Below the pieces are notes generated by a model. It had not been told where the DNA came from and searched no databases. It saw nothing but the letters and a program-made list of their open reading frames with translations. From the NCBI GenBank assembly GCA_051313645.2, contig JBNRSN020000017.1, positions 9,238,001 to 9,302,000 on the forward strand: a DNA stretch of 64,000 nt, read 5' to 3'. The stretch comes from Centroscyllium fabricii (taxonomy: Eukaryota). Position numbers and translations under genes: made by a program. This document shows, one piece after another, positions 40,334-52,457 of the stretch (positions within the stretch are counted from its first letter, which is position 1; each line of letters opens with the position of its first letter).

Positions 40334-43300
40334 ATGCCAGCAGGGATCGAAACAGCACGCCACCACAGACGGGGCCAGAACTACGGCCAAATCCCAAACT
40401 TACCTGAGTTCTGGGAACTCCGTCCAGCGGCCTGGTTCCTCAACACGGAGAACACCTGCCGCATCTATGGCGTGCAGGGGGACGATCGATACAGCCTGCT
40501 CTTCGCAGCCCACGGTCGACCGAATGTGGGCATCAATCCAGCAAGAACCAACTGCTGGCAGGTACGAAACGCTTAAGGCCGCGCTGCTAGAAAAATTTAC
40601 CCCCACCCAATTTGAGCGCGACTGCCAGCTCATTAACCTCCCCGATCTCGGGGACGCAGATCCATCGGACCTTTGGGCCCAATTTGAAGCGCTTAATTGC
40701 GACCCGGCCACCATTAAACGCGCCTTGTTCCTCCTTAAACTGCCCCCCTCCGTCAGACCGGCTCTGACGGTCCTCGAGCACTATACTAAGGAGCAACTGG
40801 CTCACGAGGCCGACAAGCTGATGAGGGCCGAGCGCACCCGAGCTGCCACGTGCCAACCCACTGCCGCTCCACCGGAGCAGTACTACGCGCACCCCAGGCC
40901 CGGCCCCAGGTCCCAAACCAGACCGGTGCGGACCCACAAAAAGCCACGCACCACAGGCCCCGGCTGGTGCTACTATCACACCAGGTTTGAAAACAAAGCG
41001 CAGCGCTGCGTCCAGCCCTGCACCTTCAAACCCCAAACCAGCCCAAGCCCCACCATGTCCGTAGGCCGCTCTGGAGCACTGCTCTTCGTCACGGACAGCG
41101 GCTCAGGCCTCCGCTTCCTCTGCGACACAGGCGCGCAGCACAGCATCGTGCCAGCCTCCCCCGCAGAAACCAAGCAAGGCAACCAAGGCCCACCACTTGA
41201 AGCCGCAAACGGCTCCGAGATAGTTACGTTCGGCACCCGCCAGCTTACCATCAAGCTAGCAGGCCACACGTACAAGTGGGACTTTATCACAGCCCAAGTC
41301 AAAATACCCCTACTCGGAGCCGACTTTCTCTGCGCCCACGGCCTACTGGTCGACGTTACTCGGCGCCGCCTAGTCGACATCCACAACATGTCGACCATCC
41401 CATGCTCCACAGGCCCGGCACACCAGACCCACGCGGCGTCCCACTGCCGAGCCCGGAACTCCGACACGTACGCCATGCTGCTCGCGGAGTTCCCAGCCCT
41501 CACCAACCCCACCTTCACAGCCCACACGGCCAAGCATGGGGTGGAGCATCACAGGCCCCCCAGTCCATGCCCACGCACGCAGGCTGGACCCGGCCAAGCT
41601 AGAGATCGCGCGCGGCGAGTTCCACATCATGGAACAACTCGGCATAATCAGCAGCCCCTGGGCCTCCCCCCTCCACATTGCCCCCAAACCCGGCGGTGCC
41701 TGGCGCCCCTGCGGAGACTACCACCGCCTCAACAACGCCACCACCCCAGACAGGTACCCCGTCCCCCACATCCAAGATTTCTCAGCAAGGCTAGCCGGCT
41801 GCATGGTCTTTTCCAAGATCGACCTGGTACGGGGCTACCACCAGGTACCGGTGCACCCGGCGGACGTCCCTAAGACAGCTGTCATTACCCCATTTGGCTT
41901 ATTTGAATTCCTCCGAATGCCCTTCGGACTCAAAAACGCGGCCCAGGCCTTCCAGCGCCCCATGGACTCAGTCCTACGGGGCTTGCAGTTCACGTTCGTC
42001 TACCTGGACGACATCCTCGTGGCCAGCACCTCCCCCCAGGAACACCTCCTCCATCTCAGGGCCCTTTTCAACCGCCTGGCCGAACACGGCCTTATATTAA
42101 GCCCCTCCAAATGTCGATTCGGCCTCGAGATGATCGACTTCCTCGGCCACCACATCTCCCAGACCGGGGCCATACCCCTGCCCTCCAAGGTGCAGGCGGT
42201 CCAGGAATTCCCCCGCCCGCACTCCATCAAGGGGCTGCAGGAATTCCTTGGGATGGTTAACTTCTATAACCGCTTCATCCCAGGAGCAGCCGCTCTCATG
42301 GCCCCCCTCTACCACGCCACCCGCGGCCAGTCCAACAAGGCTGCGGTCGAGTGGACGGCCGAAGCCTCCACCGCCCTGGCCAACGCCACGCTCTTCAGCC
42401 ACCCTAGGCCCAACGCCAGAGTAGCCCTCGCCTCTGACCGCGCCGTCAGAGCAGTCTTTGAGCAGTGGACAGGCGACTCCTGGCAACCCCTGGCCTTTTT
42501 CAGCCGACAACTCCGGCCCCCGGAGGTCAAGTACAGTGCCTTCGATAGGGAGCTACTCGCTCTCTACCTCGCGGTGCGCCACTTCCGCTTCCTCCTAGAG
42601 GGCCGCCACTTTACAGCCTTCGTGGATCACAAGCCACTTGTGTCCGCAATGGCTAAGATCTCTGAACCCTGGTTGGCCAGGCAGCAGCGCCAGCTCGCGG
42701 CTGTGTCGGAATTCACTACCGACATTCAGCACATCGCCGGCCGCGACAACGTGGTCGCTGACTGCCTCTCACGCCCCACCATCAACTCCGTTCAAACGGC
42801 CGTCGACTACACCAAACTGGCGGCCGACCAACTGACCGACCCCGATCTGCTCGACCCAGCTACCAACCTCCCCGGCCTGCTCTTGGCCACCGTAGCACAC
42901 GGGCCCACAGCCACGGAGGTCCGCTGCGACGTCTCCCTCCCGCAGCCCAGACCCGTCGTCCCCCACGCATGGAGGCGACACATCTTCCAGACCCTCCATG
43001 ACCTGTCCCACCCCGGTGTCCGCACGTCCACAAAGCTCATCTCAGCGCGATTCGTTTGGCGCGGCCTGCGCAAGGATGTCCGCGCCTGGACCAACACCTG
43101 CAATGCCTGCCAGCGCGCCAAGGTGCACAAGCACATCAAGGCACCAGTAGAAACGATCGCCATCCCAGCTAGACGCTTCAGCCACGTCCACATCGACCTG
43201 GTCGGACCACTACCACCATCACGGGGACATACACATATCATGACTATGGTCGACCGCAGCACCCGCTGGCCAGAAGCGGTCCCCCTCACCGCTACCACCA

Positions 43301-44101
43301 CCGCGGACCTGGCCAGGTCCTTCATTGCCACCTGGGTCGCACGTTTCGGCGTCCCCACCGACATCACATCAGACAGGGGCCCCCAATTTACCTCAACCCT
43401 ATGGGCAACCATCGCCCACGACCTCGGGGCAACCCTGCACCGAACCACCGCCTACCACCCACAGGCCAATGGCCTCTGCGAACGGTTCCACCGCTCCTTC
43501 AAAGCTTCCTTGCGGGCCAGCCTCAAAGACGCGACCTGGACCGACCGACCGCCTGCCCTGGGTAATGCTCGGTCTGCGTTCAGCGGCCAAGGAAGACCTG
43601 CACGCCTCAGCGGCGGAACTGGTCTATGGCCAACCCCTAACTGTACCAGGCGAGTTCGTTGCAGAAACAAACGCCCCCTGGTCAGCCGACCGCTGCCTCA
43701 AAGACTTCAACAACCCGGCAGCGGCGCTCAAACCACTTATGGTGGCCCGGCACGGAGAGCCGGCAGCACGTGTTCCAGACGGCATCCAGAATGCCAAGTA
43801 TGTGTTTGTCCGCCACGACGCACATCGAACACCACTACAACCACCGTACGACGGACCGTACAGGGTGCTTCGGGTGGGACCTAAAACGTTTCAGATCAAA
43901 ATGGGCAACAGAGCTGAGACTGTCTCAATCGACCGGCTCAAACCGGCACACGTAATGGCGGGCGAGACAACAGTCCCCGCGCAGCCACCAAAGCGCGGAC
44001 GCCCTACCGCACCAAACCCCGCCCACACTCCCACGCAGAACAAGGAGCAGCGCACGACACGTGCTGGCCGCATCATCAGGCCACCTCAATGCCTCGCCTG
44101 A
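40334..44101 (+). pseudogene. Gypsy gag-pol broken by at least 3 frameshifts (about 40510, 41550, 43550) and deletions in the RT-RNase H connection
   Basis: LPEFW...AAWF gag start; CYYH..F...C...C knuckle; FLCDTGAQ; YLDDIL; HHCC and DDE integrase; YDGPY module in a shifted frame; RNase H reads VALASD, lacking the usual TD of TDAS. Confidence 0.92.
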
Positions 44102-44248
44102 GACGACACGTGCGGGCCGCATCATCAGGCCGCCTCGGCACCTCGCCTGAGACTCAACTTTTATGCTCCATTTTTTAATTTTTCTTTATGCTCCCTTCTA
44201 CTCTAGGTCAAGCTTCGCTCTCCCTCACGGATTCTGGGGGGGGAGCTG

Positions 44249-44525
44249 TGTGGCGACACGCCCACCAGAACCATCGAATCCGCCTCGGGAGTGCTGCGAG
44301 ACGGCCCCGCCCACCGGGCGGCGTGATGACGTCACCGCGACTTCCGGCGTGATGACGTCGCCAGGTGGACATCCGGCAGTGACGTCACCAACGCGGGACC
44401 TTTAAATACCCTGGTTCCAGGTGGCTCACTCTTTCGCTACCTGGCCATAGCTGTGTTAGTATTAAATGATAACTTTCCAAATCTTCTGTGTCCAGTGTGG
44501 TTCTTCAGGCCTGCATGCCTCTACA
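44249..44525 (+). repeat. 3' LTR (277 bp)
   Basis: Direct repeat of the 5' LTR, preceded by the polypurine tract and followed by GTAA. Confidence 0.96.
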
Positions 44526-45079
44526 GTAATACACTATGTTTGTCTTGAGTTGGGAGGAATTGTAAAAAGGTGGTCAGTCTTTCCTGATATCTGATCATTC
44601 TTGTTGGAGGTGCTCTTTCTCGAGACTCCAGACTTGTATTTTATCTGCATCTTTGAACTCAGTGATTGGAAAAACTAACACCATGAAGATTTTGGGCTGG
44701 AAAATGGCAGGTTTCAAATGTGTAAAACTCATTATATAACTGCATGTACCAGCAAGTGTTGAACCCTATATTTAATGAGTGAATCAGACATCCCATGACA
44801 AACAATCAATGTCTAGTTTGAAACTGACATTTCTTTGGTATCAACTCTTCAGTTGCTGTGAGTGGTTGCTAACTGAGGTGGTGCAATACTCCAGTTCCAA
44901 TTATAACATTCACGTGAAGGCTTGGTAAATTGGAATCTTGCTTCTAAAATGATTACCACTGGTCGGAAGACCAAGCAAATACAAAGCAGATTCTTGGGTA
45001 TATGCCAACTTTTCTAATTACATGTTAGTTAGTTGGGTCTGAAGAAGAGGATACAAACTCTGTAGGGGAAAAACATGAC

Positions 45080-48000
45080 TTTTTCATTTTTATTTGAAAG
45101 TTAACATCCTCATCTTCCCTCCTGTAGCCAAGGATGTGGGTTCAGTTCCAGGAGCAGTCCTTCCATTCAAGTGACCATTTTCATATCTGCCTTGACTAGT
45201 GTTGCTAGTACATCACATCCAATCTCAATCCTGTCCACATGCAGAGCTGTAGTGGACACAGGCTCGCATGCAGGAGTGATACCGAAGCTCCATTTTCTTT
45301 CCCATAGCCTTTGAATAAGGTTAACAACTGGTGCTCCTGCTTTCCTAGTATAACGAGCGGTACCTTTATTAAGTGAGCGATCAAGAGACTCGACTACTTT
45401 TCAATGATACCAGTTTGGTGCATCTTACAATGACTCAAATCAGTAATCACTGCTTAAGTCAATGGAACTTTCCCCCCCCACTTTATTAGGAATACTTGTA
45501 GCAATACATTTTCAATATTAACGGCAAGAATTTGTAAAAAGCTTGGTAATTAATGCAACATTAAAAAAAATGCAGAATAGTGAGACCCTGATCAACCTGG
45601 AGTTTTTGTTCTTTGTTAGAGAAAGAGATGCTCACCTACAATTGTAATAGAAAAGGCCCTCACTGCTGAGTCAACTGCAGATATAAACATACCCAAACTT
45701 TTTCAATGAGCAAAAAGCCAATTTTCCCAATGCATGCAAAAAAACATTATACAAGGGACCATTGCAAGCTAACATTCATTATTGGACTCCACAGCGGAGA
45801 GGGAAAGCAGCTACTCCTTTAATAGCACAGTTCCTCAGCAGGCAGCCCTTGAATACTTCACCTTAATGGTTGTTCTTGACAGGTGAGTTTAGTGTCAGGA
45901 GCATATTTATTCTGTGCTCGTCAGAAAACCAGACACACATTTTCCAGCAAAGATTACTGGACGTCAATTAAGATTGCTGAAGTTTTTCCAACCCCCCCTT
46001 GCCCAGCCCAGAGGGAGTGGAGAGCAGTTGTGTCCCGGTCCGACTGTAGATATATAAATTGGGACACAATACCACACTCTGCAATGGCCTGGGTCAGTGT
46101 GCTGGCTCAGGCCAAATGCAGGGAACAAACCCACCTTTAAGGCACAAGGTTTAGCACCACACTTGGCAGTGTATTTACCCAAAGTGCCTTTTAACACCCG
46201 CACTTTGCTTCAAGTACAATTTAATACACTGGACTGACCCCAAATGTCCAAGTTTCTTGAGATCTTCCTACTTGCTTCGAAGCAGAGTCATTTGTTTTTT
46301 GAAGACTCAAGCTATCACACTGTTCAATATTATAAAAAGATAGATATGTATGCAGGCACTTTTAAACAGCATGATTGTCCTATAAAAAAGGATGCTTATA
46401 CAGTATCTACAAATAAAGGCAATTATGGGTCAGTAATTCAGCCTCTGATTTTTTGGGGTACTTCCTAAAACCATTCACACAAACAAATGTGAAAATACAC
46501 CATTATAAAGATAACAATTCACACATTTCCAGTCAACCTTTTCCATTAGCAATATACTGATATCCATATATAGGAAACTTGTCACAGGGTAATTACATCC
46601 TCCCTCCAACAACTCCTGGCAGGAGGATGTCGTTACTGTGTCTCAAGGCAGTTTCCATTATAAATATGGACATAAGGATAGAATGTATGCCGTTAAAATG
46701 GGAACTAAATTATATTTGCGTACCCTGACTCAATTATCCCCCAACATCAAACCCCATTTCACCTGAAGACTCCGTGTTCACTCAATAGGGGATTGACTAA
46801 TTTATACAAAGTGCAAGCACTGAATCACAGTAAAGATACAGTAGAGCTTATCCACTAGTACAAGCAGATCAATCCATGTTGTTAGAATTGTAACTACTTT
46901 TAAAATGTAGACCATTTTTTCTGCTTATTGAAGGTCAATGGTGAGGACTGGAACCATCACCCCCCCCCCCCCAAATCATATCTAGTTTTTGGAACCAGCG
47001 CCAGTCCTGAAACAGTTTCCTCCAGTCTTTCCAAACAATGTTTGTTAACCCTTAAGCTCAGAATGAAACACCCCCATTTAATTGCACCAATTTTTTGCTC
47101 GGAATGATATCCAATGGGGAAAGCTCACACTGGATTGTTCCTAAATCAACAAGACCACACCCCTGTACGTGTAAAAAATAACCCTTTTGAGGTGCTGTTC
47201 AAGACTGCAACATTCACTGGGGTCGAAACGACTAGCCCGTACCCTGTCCCCTACTTGGCTACACGTTAACAGTAACCCAACAAACCACTGGGTGGAAAGC
47301 AGAGGTTTGCAGGTTGACAATTTTCAGTACATTAAAAATACTAAATGTCTCTCATAAAATGTTCTGTCCTAAAATATATATATATAGATTTTAAAATAAG
47401 CTCTCAAATTGCACTATATCATATAAAACAGTGTGTGTGTGGTTAAGGAGATGATATAAAAGTTACGAACCACTTTACTTGGCGTGCGTCAGAGCTTGGT
47501 ATAAATTGATCTAAAACCGTTCACATTTGCACTCCAGACATAGGCTCAGACTGACAGTTTCGAGTTCACACGAACACAGTAAAATTCCCTGCTGGGCTTC
47601 AGACTGAATACAGAAAAATCTTTCCGCTGCACTCTGTTGTGACAACTAACACTTTGGCAGCTTGTTGGGCCAGGTTCTCTGCCGCAGTGACCTGCATGGT
47701 GTCTGAAGGAACAATTCGTACCCTGGCATTTCTTTCATTCCAAAACATACCATGGCCCCAACGCTTTTAAACTGAAACCTGTAGGTGAAGGGCCACAGCG
47801 CAGGCAGGGAAGGAGGAGGAGAAAACTGGAACATCAAAAGGACACCCCACACTTCCTGCCCCTCAAACTGGCCACTGACCGTCCATTAAAAAGACTCACA
47901 CAAACTAAAACGCTATGACGAGAAGTTTGACAAAATTTCATCTCTGCTATTGAACACACACGCTTGACTTCAGTCAGGGCAACATCATTCTGCAGAGACA

Positions 48001-48352
48001 GATTTCTGTGAACTCCATATTTAACACAAAACAGGGAATTCAGCCACTTTCCACTTGGCTGAATTTTTTTTTAATAATTAAAAAAGGCCTCTTATTTAAT
48101 ATCTTTTTATCAAAGCTTTTGGTGAGATAATTGTGCCTTCCCCTTTTCTTCACCACCACACGCCCCCCCCACCCCCCATCATCCCAAAACACATTCAGCA
48201 GCTGCGAGCCTTTCCAATGATGAGACATTGTAACTGGAACACGAGGACCACTCCTTACGGTGAAGCCTCCAGCTCTTGCACAGGCTTGGAGTAGCCGGAC
48301 TGTGCATGCCGGCAGATCCTGTTGGAAGTGAGGAGTTGCCCCTGGCTGGTGT
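45080..48352 (-). other. CRLF3: Probable CRLF3 3'UTR (about 3 kb); candidate AATAAA (- strand) at 45482-45487, 45365-45370 and 45089-45094
   Basis: Repeat-poor AU-rich stretch after the stop codon; tttatt hexamers on the + strand. Confidence 0.5.
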
Positions 48353-48606
48353 CTAAAATACCAGCACTTTCCAACCCGGGTAGACGAAGGAACAGCCAAA
48401 ATACAAGGCTTCGCAAGGCTGATCGAGCAGCCAGTCGAACACCACTTCTCGATTTCCAGAGCTGATGATCACTCGAAGCTTGAAGCTCGCAGCATCATTG
48501 AAGACGGAACCCAAGCCAACGACTTCCATGTCAAAAGTCACCGCAGACCCAATAGAAACACAAGGTAGCTGATTGGTCATTTCTTTGCCATTCACAAATA
48601 CCGCCC
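48353..48606 (-). CDS. CRLF3: CRLF3 last coding exon, AVFVNGKEMTNQLP...FGCSFVYPGWKVLVF*
   Basis: ttttag acceptor on the - strand; diagnostic CRLF3 C-terminus PGWKVLVF. Confidence 0.97.
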
Positions 48607-48936
48607 CTAAAAAAATAAAAAAATATTGACATGAGTTAACTCCGCCTGAAATTAAGCCTGATATGCAGACTTTAATGTTTTACGGGAGGTAAAACAAGTC
48701 ATAGGGTCACAGAGTTATACACAGAAAGAGGCCCTTCGGCCCATCAAGCCCTGTCTATTCTAATCCCATTTTCCAGCATTTGGTCCGTAGCCTTGTAGGC
48801 TGTGGCATTTCAAGTGCTCATCTAAATGCTTCTTGAATGTTGTGAGTGTTCCTGCCTCCACCACCCTTTCAGGCAGTGAGTTCCAGATTCCAACCACCCT
48901 CTGGGTGAAAAAGTTCTTCCTCAAATACCCTCTAAG

Positions 48937-49645
48937 AGACTAGATTACTTTGGGATTTGGAACATTGGGATAAAGTAACCAAAAGCCAAAGCAGATTAGA
49001 ATGTTACCGTGCCCTAAAAAGAGATTATAAATTGGCAGACTATCTCTCAACTGTCAGAAATATAAAGCAGAGACAGACCCTCACCAGGTACAGACTAAGT
49101 GACCACCAGTTGGCAGTCGAAAAAGGAAGACAGAAGAAATCCTGGCAGCCAAGAGAAAATAGAATATGCGGTCACTGTTTGACAGATGAGGTTGAAACAG
49201 AGGTGCACTTCCAAATAAAATGCAAAAAATTCGACAAAACAAGGAAAACATAATTTGACAAATTAAGCTTGGCAATCTCAGATTTCAAAGAACTAGATGA
49301 TATATCAAAACTAAGAATAATCCTTGGTGAGGGAAATAGGGCACAGCTTGGTGCACAATACGTAACAGCATGCCACAACCTGAGAGACAGTGAATGACCA
49401 ACATGCACACACGCACAGAGACTAATCAACACTAATTATTATACTATTTGTAATTGCAAGAACGTGTAGCAACCGATAAAAGGTTACAGATGTATTGTGT
49501 GTGTATATTATATAAATATATATATATATATTAATATATATTTTATTTATTTATAATAAATATATATATATACACACATACATACACAACATAGGGATGT
49601 ATCCTGTCATGCCAATAAAGTTTTTTAAATTGTAAATTGAAAAAT
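48937..49645 (+). mobile_element. RTE-X-like non-LTR element 3' end (C-terminal CCHC domain and tail)
   Basis: LTRYRLSDHQLAVEKGR...RICGHCLTDEVETEVHFQIKC; tail GCCAATAAAG followed by AATTG-type repeats. Confidence 0.75.
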
Positions 49646-51042
49646 TGACTAGGCATTCAACTGGCAACGAGGAGACGGATGGTCCTGCAGCAATGGGAGT
49701 TGAAATAAGCGGGAAATTGAACGATTTCTGCCTTTCCCCAATTCCATCCCCTAATAGCTCCGAGATAAAGTCCCACCATCTGTCTGAGTGATACAAGACA
49801 GGAAAAAAAGTTGCATTGTTGTAGCACCTCATCACGGTCACGCCTCAGGAACTCCTCAAAGTGATTCACACACACACAATAAATGACATTGAAATGCAGA
49901 AATGATTGTTATGGAGGCAGCTGTCCTGTGCACAGTTTGCATTTTGTTCACTAACGGAAATGAGATAAATAACCAGTTAGTCTTTACTGATGCTGGTTGA
50001 GGGAAGAACATTGGCCAGCACACCGGGAGAACTCCCCCCCCCCCCCCCCCATTTACTGGTGTTCCGATGTGTTCAGCAAATCGCCTGTGCCACCAGAACA
50101 GGCGGTCGAGGGCCTGGGTTTAACATATCAGGAAATGCACCACTTTCTCAGCACTGGACAGGCTCAAAATCCGGGTACAGAGCAAACACTGCAGCATGGT
50201 GCCAGGGTCTGTACCGAGTTAGCCCATTTCAGCCCTCGCACCCCCGATTGGGAGCCTGGAAAATCAGCCAGGATCCTGCTCCTGAATGTTACGCAGCGAC
50301 ACCTACTAGTTAATATGTGCTGTGCTTGCATGTTGTTATCTAATCACTTGAGGGCCCCCTGATGGGAGTAAGCACATTGTAGAAATTACACGCCAATGTC
50401 TCCTCTTGTATTACCTTTGTTCCAGAGGGTCTGGAAACAACAATTTTTAAAAGCAATTAGTTATTGACAGACACAGAATTAAATAGATTATACAGCACAG
50501 AAACAGGCCATTCAGCCCAACTAGTCTGTGGTGTTTATATTCCACACAAGTCTCCTCCCATTCCATCTCAGTTTTTCAGCATATCTTTCTACTCACTTTT
50601 CTCTCATGAACTCATCTAGTTTCCTTTTGAAAGCATCCAAGCTATTTGCCTGAACCACTTCCTGCAGTAGTGAGTTCCACATTCTAACCACTCAAAGTAA
50701 AGACATTTCTCCTTATTTCTCGATTGGATTTTTTAGTAACTATCTTGTATTTATGGCCCCTAGTTTTGGATTCTCCCAAAAGTGGAAACATTCTCTCCAC
50801 ATCCACCCTGTCCAACCCATTCATAATTTTAAAGACCTCCATCAGATCTCCTTTAAGTCTTCTCTTTTCTAAAGAAAAATGTCCCAACCTGTTCAATCTT
50901 TCCCGATAGCTGTAATCTCTCAGTTATGGTACCATCCTCGTAAATCTTTCTCCAGTGCTATGTACGTTTTCTAGAATGGAGACCAGAACTGTGCACAGTA
51001 CACAGAAGTGCGGCCTGACCGGGGTCCTATACAAGTTTAATA

Positions 51043-51986
51043 CAGATTGAGCACCGTTAACCCGGCATGGGCGGGACCAGGCCCGTGCCAGGAAAGTGAA
51101 AATCCCGAACGATTGAAGCTTCGGCGAGCGCATGCGCAGACCATTCAAAATGGCCACCGCGAAAGGTCGGCGGCCATTTTGAGTGCTCTGCGCATGCGCT
51201 TATCGTTCGGTAAGGCTCGGAGAGGCGCGGTAAGGCCTGGCTTGGGGAGCCCCGGCTCAGGAAGGCTCGGTAAGCCAAGGCAAGGCCTGGCTCGGGAAGG
51301 CTCGGTAAACACAGTAACACAGAAGATAGGAGCAGGAGTTGGCCTTTCGGCCCTTCGCGCCTGCTCCGCCATTTTGATGAGATCATGGCTGATCATCCAA
51401 ACCCAGCACCCCCCTCCTACCCTCTCCCCATATCCCCCGACACCCCCAACTCTAAGAACTATATCTCACACACTTGCTCATGGGCAATTTTTAGTATCTC
51501 CAATTCACCTAACCTGCATGTCTTTGGGTGGTGGGAGGGAACCGGAGTACCCGGAGGAAACCCACACGAACACGGGGAGAACATGCAAACCCCACGCAGA
51601 GCGGTCTCGAGCCAAGCAGGATTCGAACCCAGGAGCTCCTTATTGCGAGGCAGCAGTGCTAACCAATGCGCCGCCGTATCGTGGCGCAGTGGTAGGCGAG
51701 GCAAGGCCCGGCTCGGTAAGGCAAGGCCTGGCTCGGGAAGGCGAGGCGAGCCCCGGCTTGGAAAGGCGCAGTCCGGGATCGTTCGGCAGCGCATGCGCAG
51801 ATTAAAAACTTCACGGCGGTCATGGTGAATGATCTGCGCATGCGCTCGCCGGCACATGCGCAGATCATTCACTGAAGCATCAATCACAGCAGCCATTTTG
51901 CGCATGCGCAGGGCAGTCGGGGCAATTTGTTCCAGAAGACTGAAGCTGCCGGATTATTGGGTAATGGATTAACGGTGCACAACCTG
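51043..51986. mobile_element. Tigger/pogo-like MITE, copy 3, inserted in a CR1 and containing a V-SINE
   Basis: TIRs CAGATTGAGCACCGTTAA and TTAACGGTGCACAACCTG; TA target duplication. Confidence 0.88.
51308..51677 (-). mobile_element. V-SINE of a divergent subfamily, inside the MITE
   Basis: V-domain and CR1 tail with a different linker. Confidence 0.85.
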
Positions 51987-52344
51987 TATTAACTTCACTG
52001 CATTTGAATTCTATACCCTAGCAATAAATCCAAGTGCTTGGTTAGCTTTAATTGCTTTGCTGACCTGCGATGCTGCTTTTAAGGATTTGTTCATCTGTAT
52101 CCCTAGATCCCTTTGCTCTTTTACCCCATTTAAGTTTCTTATTTTCTAAGGTACCACCATGTTGAGTGTTTATTTGGACATAACAGGATCAAGGTCAGCT
52201 ACAGTGTCCTCCACATTGTGGGATAGTCTGCAGAAATTCACCATCAAGGTTCACACAAGAGTAATAGAAGGTTGGAGAGAAACCTGAGGAATGATCCTTA
52301 TTTCACTCCGATCTACGCAAAGCGGCTCCATTCAGTTTCATTAC

Positions 52345-52457
52345 CATTTGAACTGATGCAAACGGCCTTGTCTCTCTGCAGGGAGTCACACCCGTTCTGC
52401 GGCTCCACACACACCCCGATACTGTCTCGCTTATCTGGCAGTCCTGCCGCCTCCATT
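52345..52457 (-). CDS. CRLF3: CRLF3 exon 7 equivalent, MEAAGLPDKRDSIGVCVEPQNGCDSLQRDKAVCISSN
   Basis: cccag acceptor, GTAATG donor, 113 nt; manual translation. Confidence 0.95.

Larger units (their letters stand above)
39962..44525 (+). mobile_element. Full-length Ty3/Gypsy LTR retrotransposon, decayed
   Basis: TG...CA LTRs at 39962-40237 and 44249-44525; 4-bp target duplication GTAA; primer site TGGTGACC(T)CGA (tRNA-Trp-like) at 40239; polypurine tract GGGGGGGGAG near 44236; gag, PR (DTGA), RT (YLDD), RH, IN order. Confidence 0.97.
50485..52150 (-). mobile_element. CR1 LINE interrupted by the MITE at 51043-51986
   Basis: ORF 50684-50896 (RLGHFSLEKRRLKGDL...KTRGHKYK); CR1 sequence resumes after 51988. 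Confidence 0.85.

Noticed and set aside
41530-41560. Programmed gag-pol frameshift
   Set aside because: The shift falls after the protease and coincides with missing residues (HGVEH then TGPPV); other breaks show general decay
40400-43670. Long antisense ORFs in the Gypsy element
   Set aside because: Expected shadow ORFs of GC-rich coding sequence; no recognisable domains
51047-51805. 252-aa ORF
   Set aside because: Runs across MITE, minisatellite and SINE sequence; a GC-rich chimera with no transposase motifs
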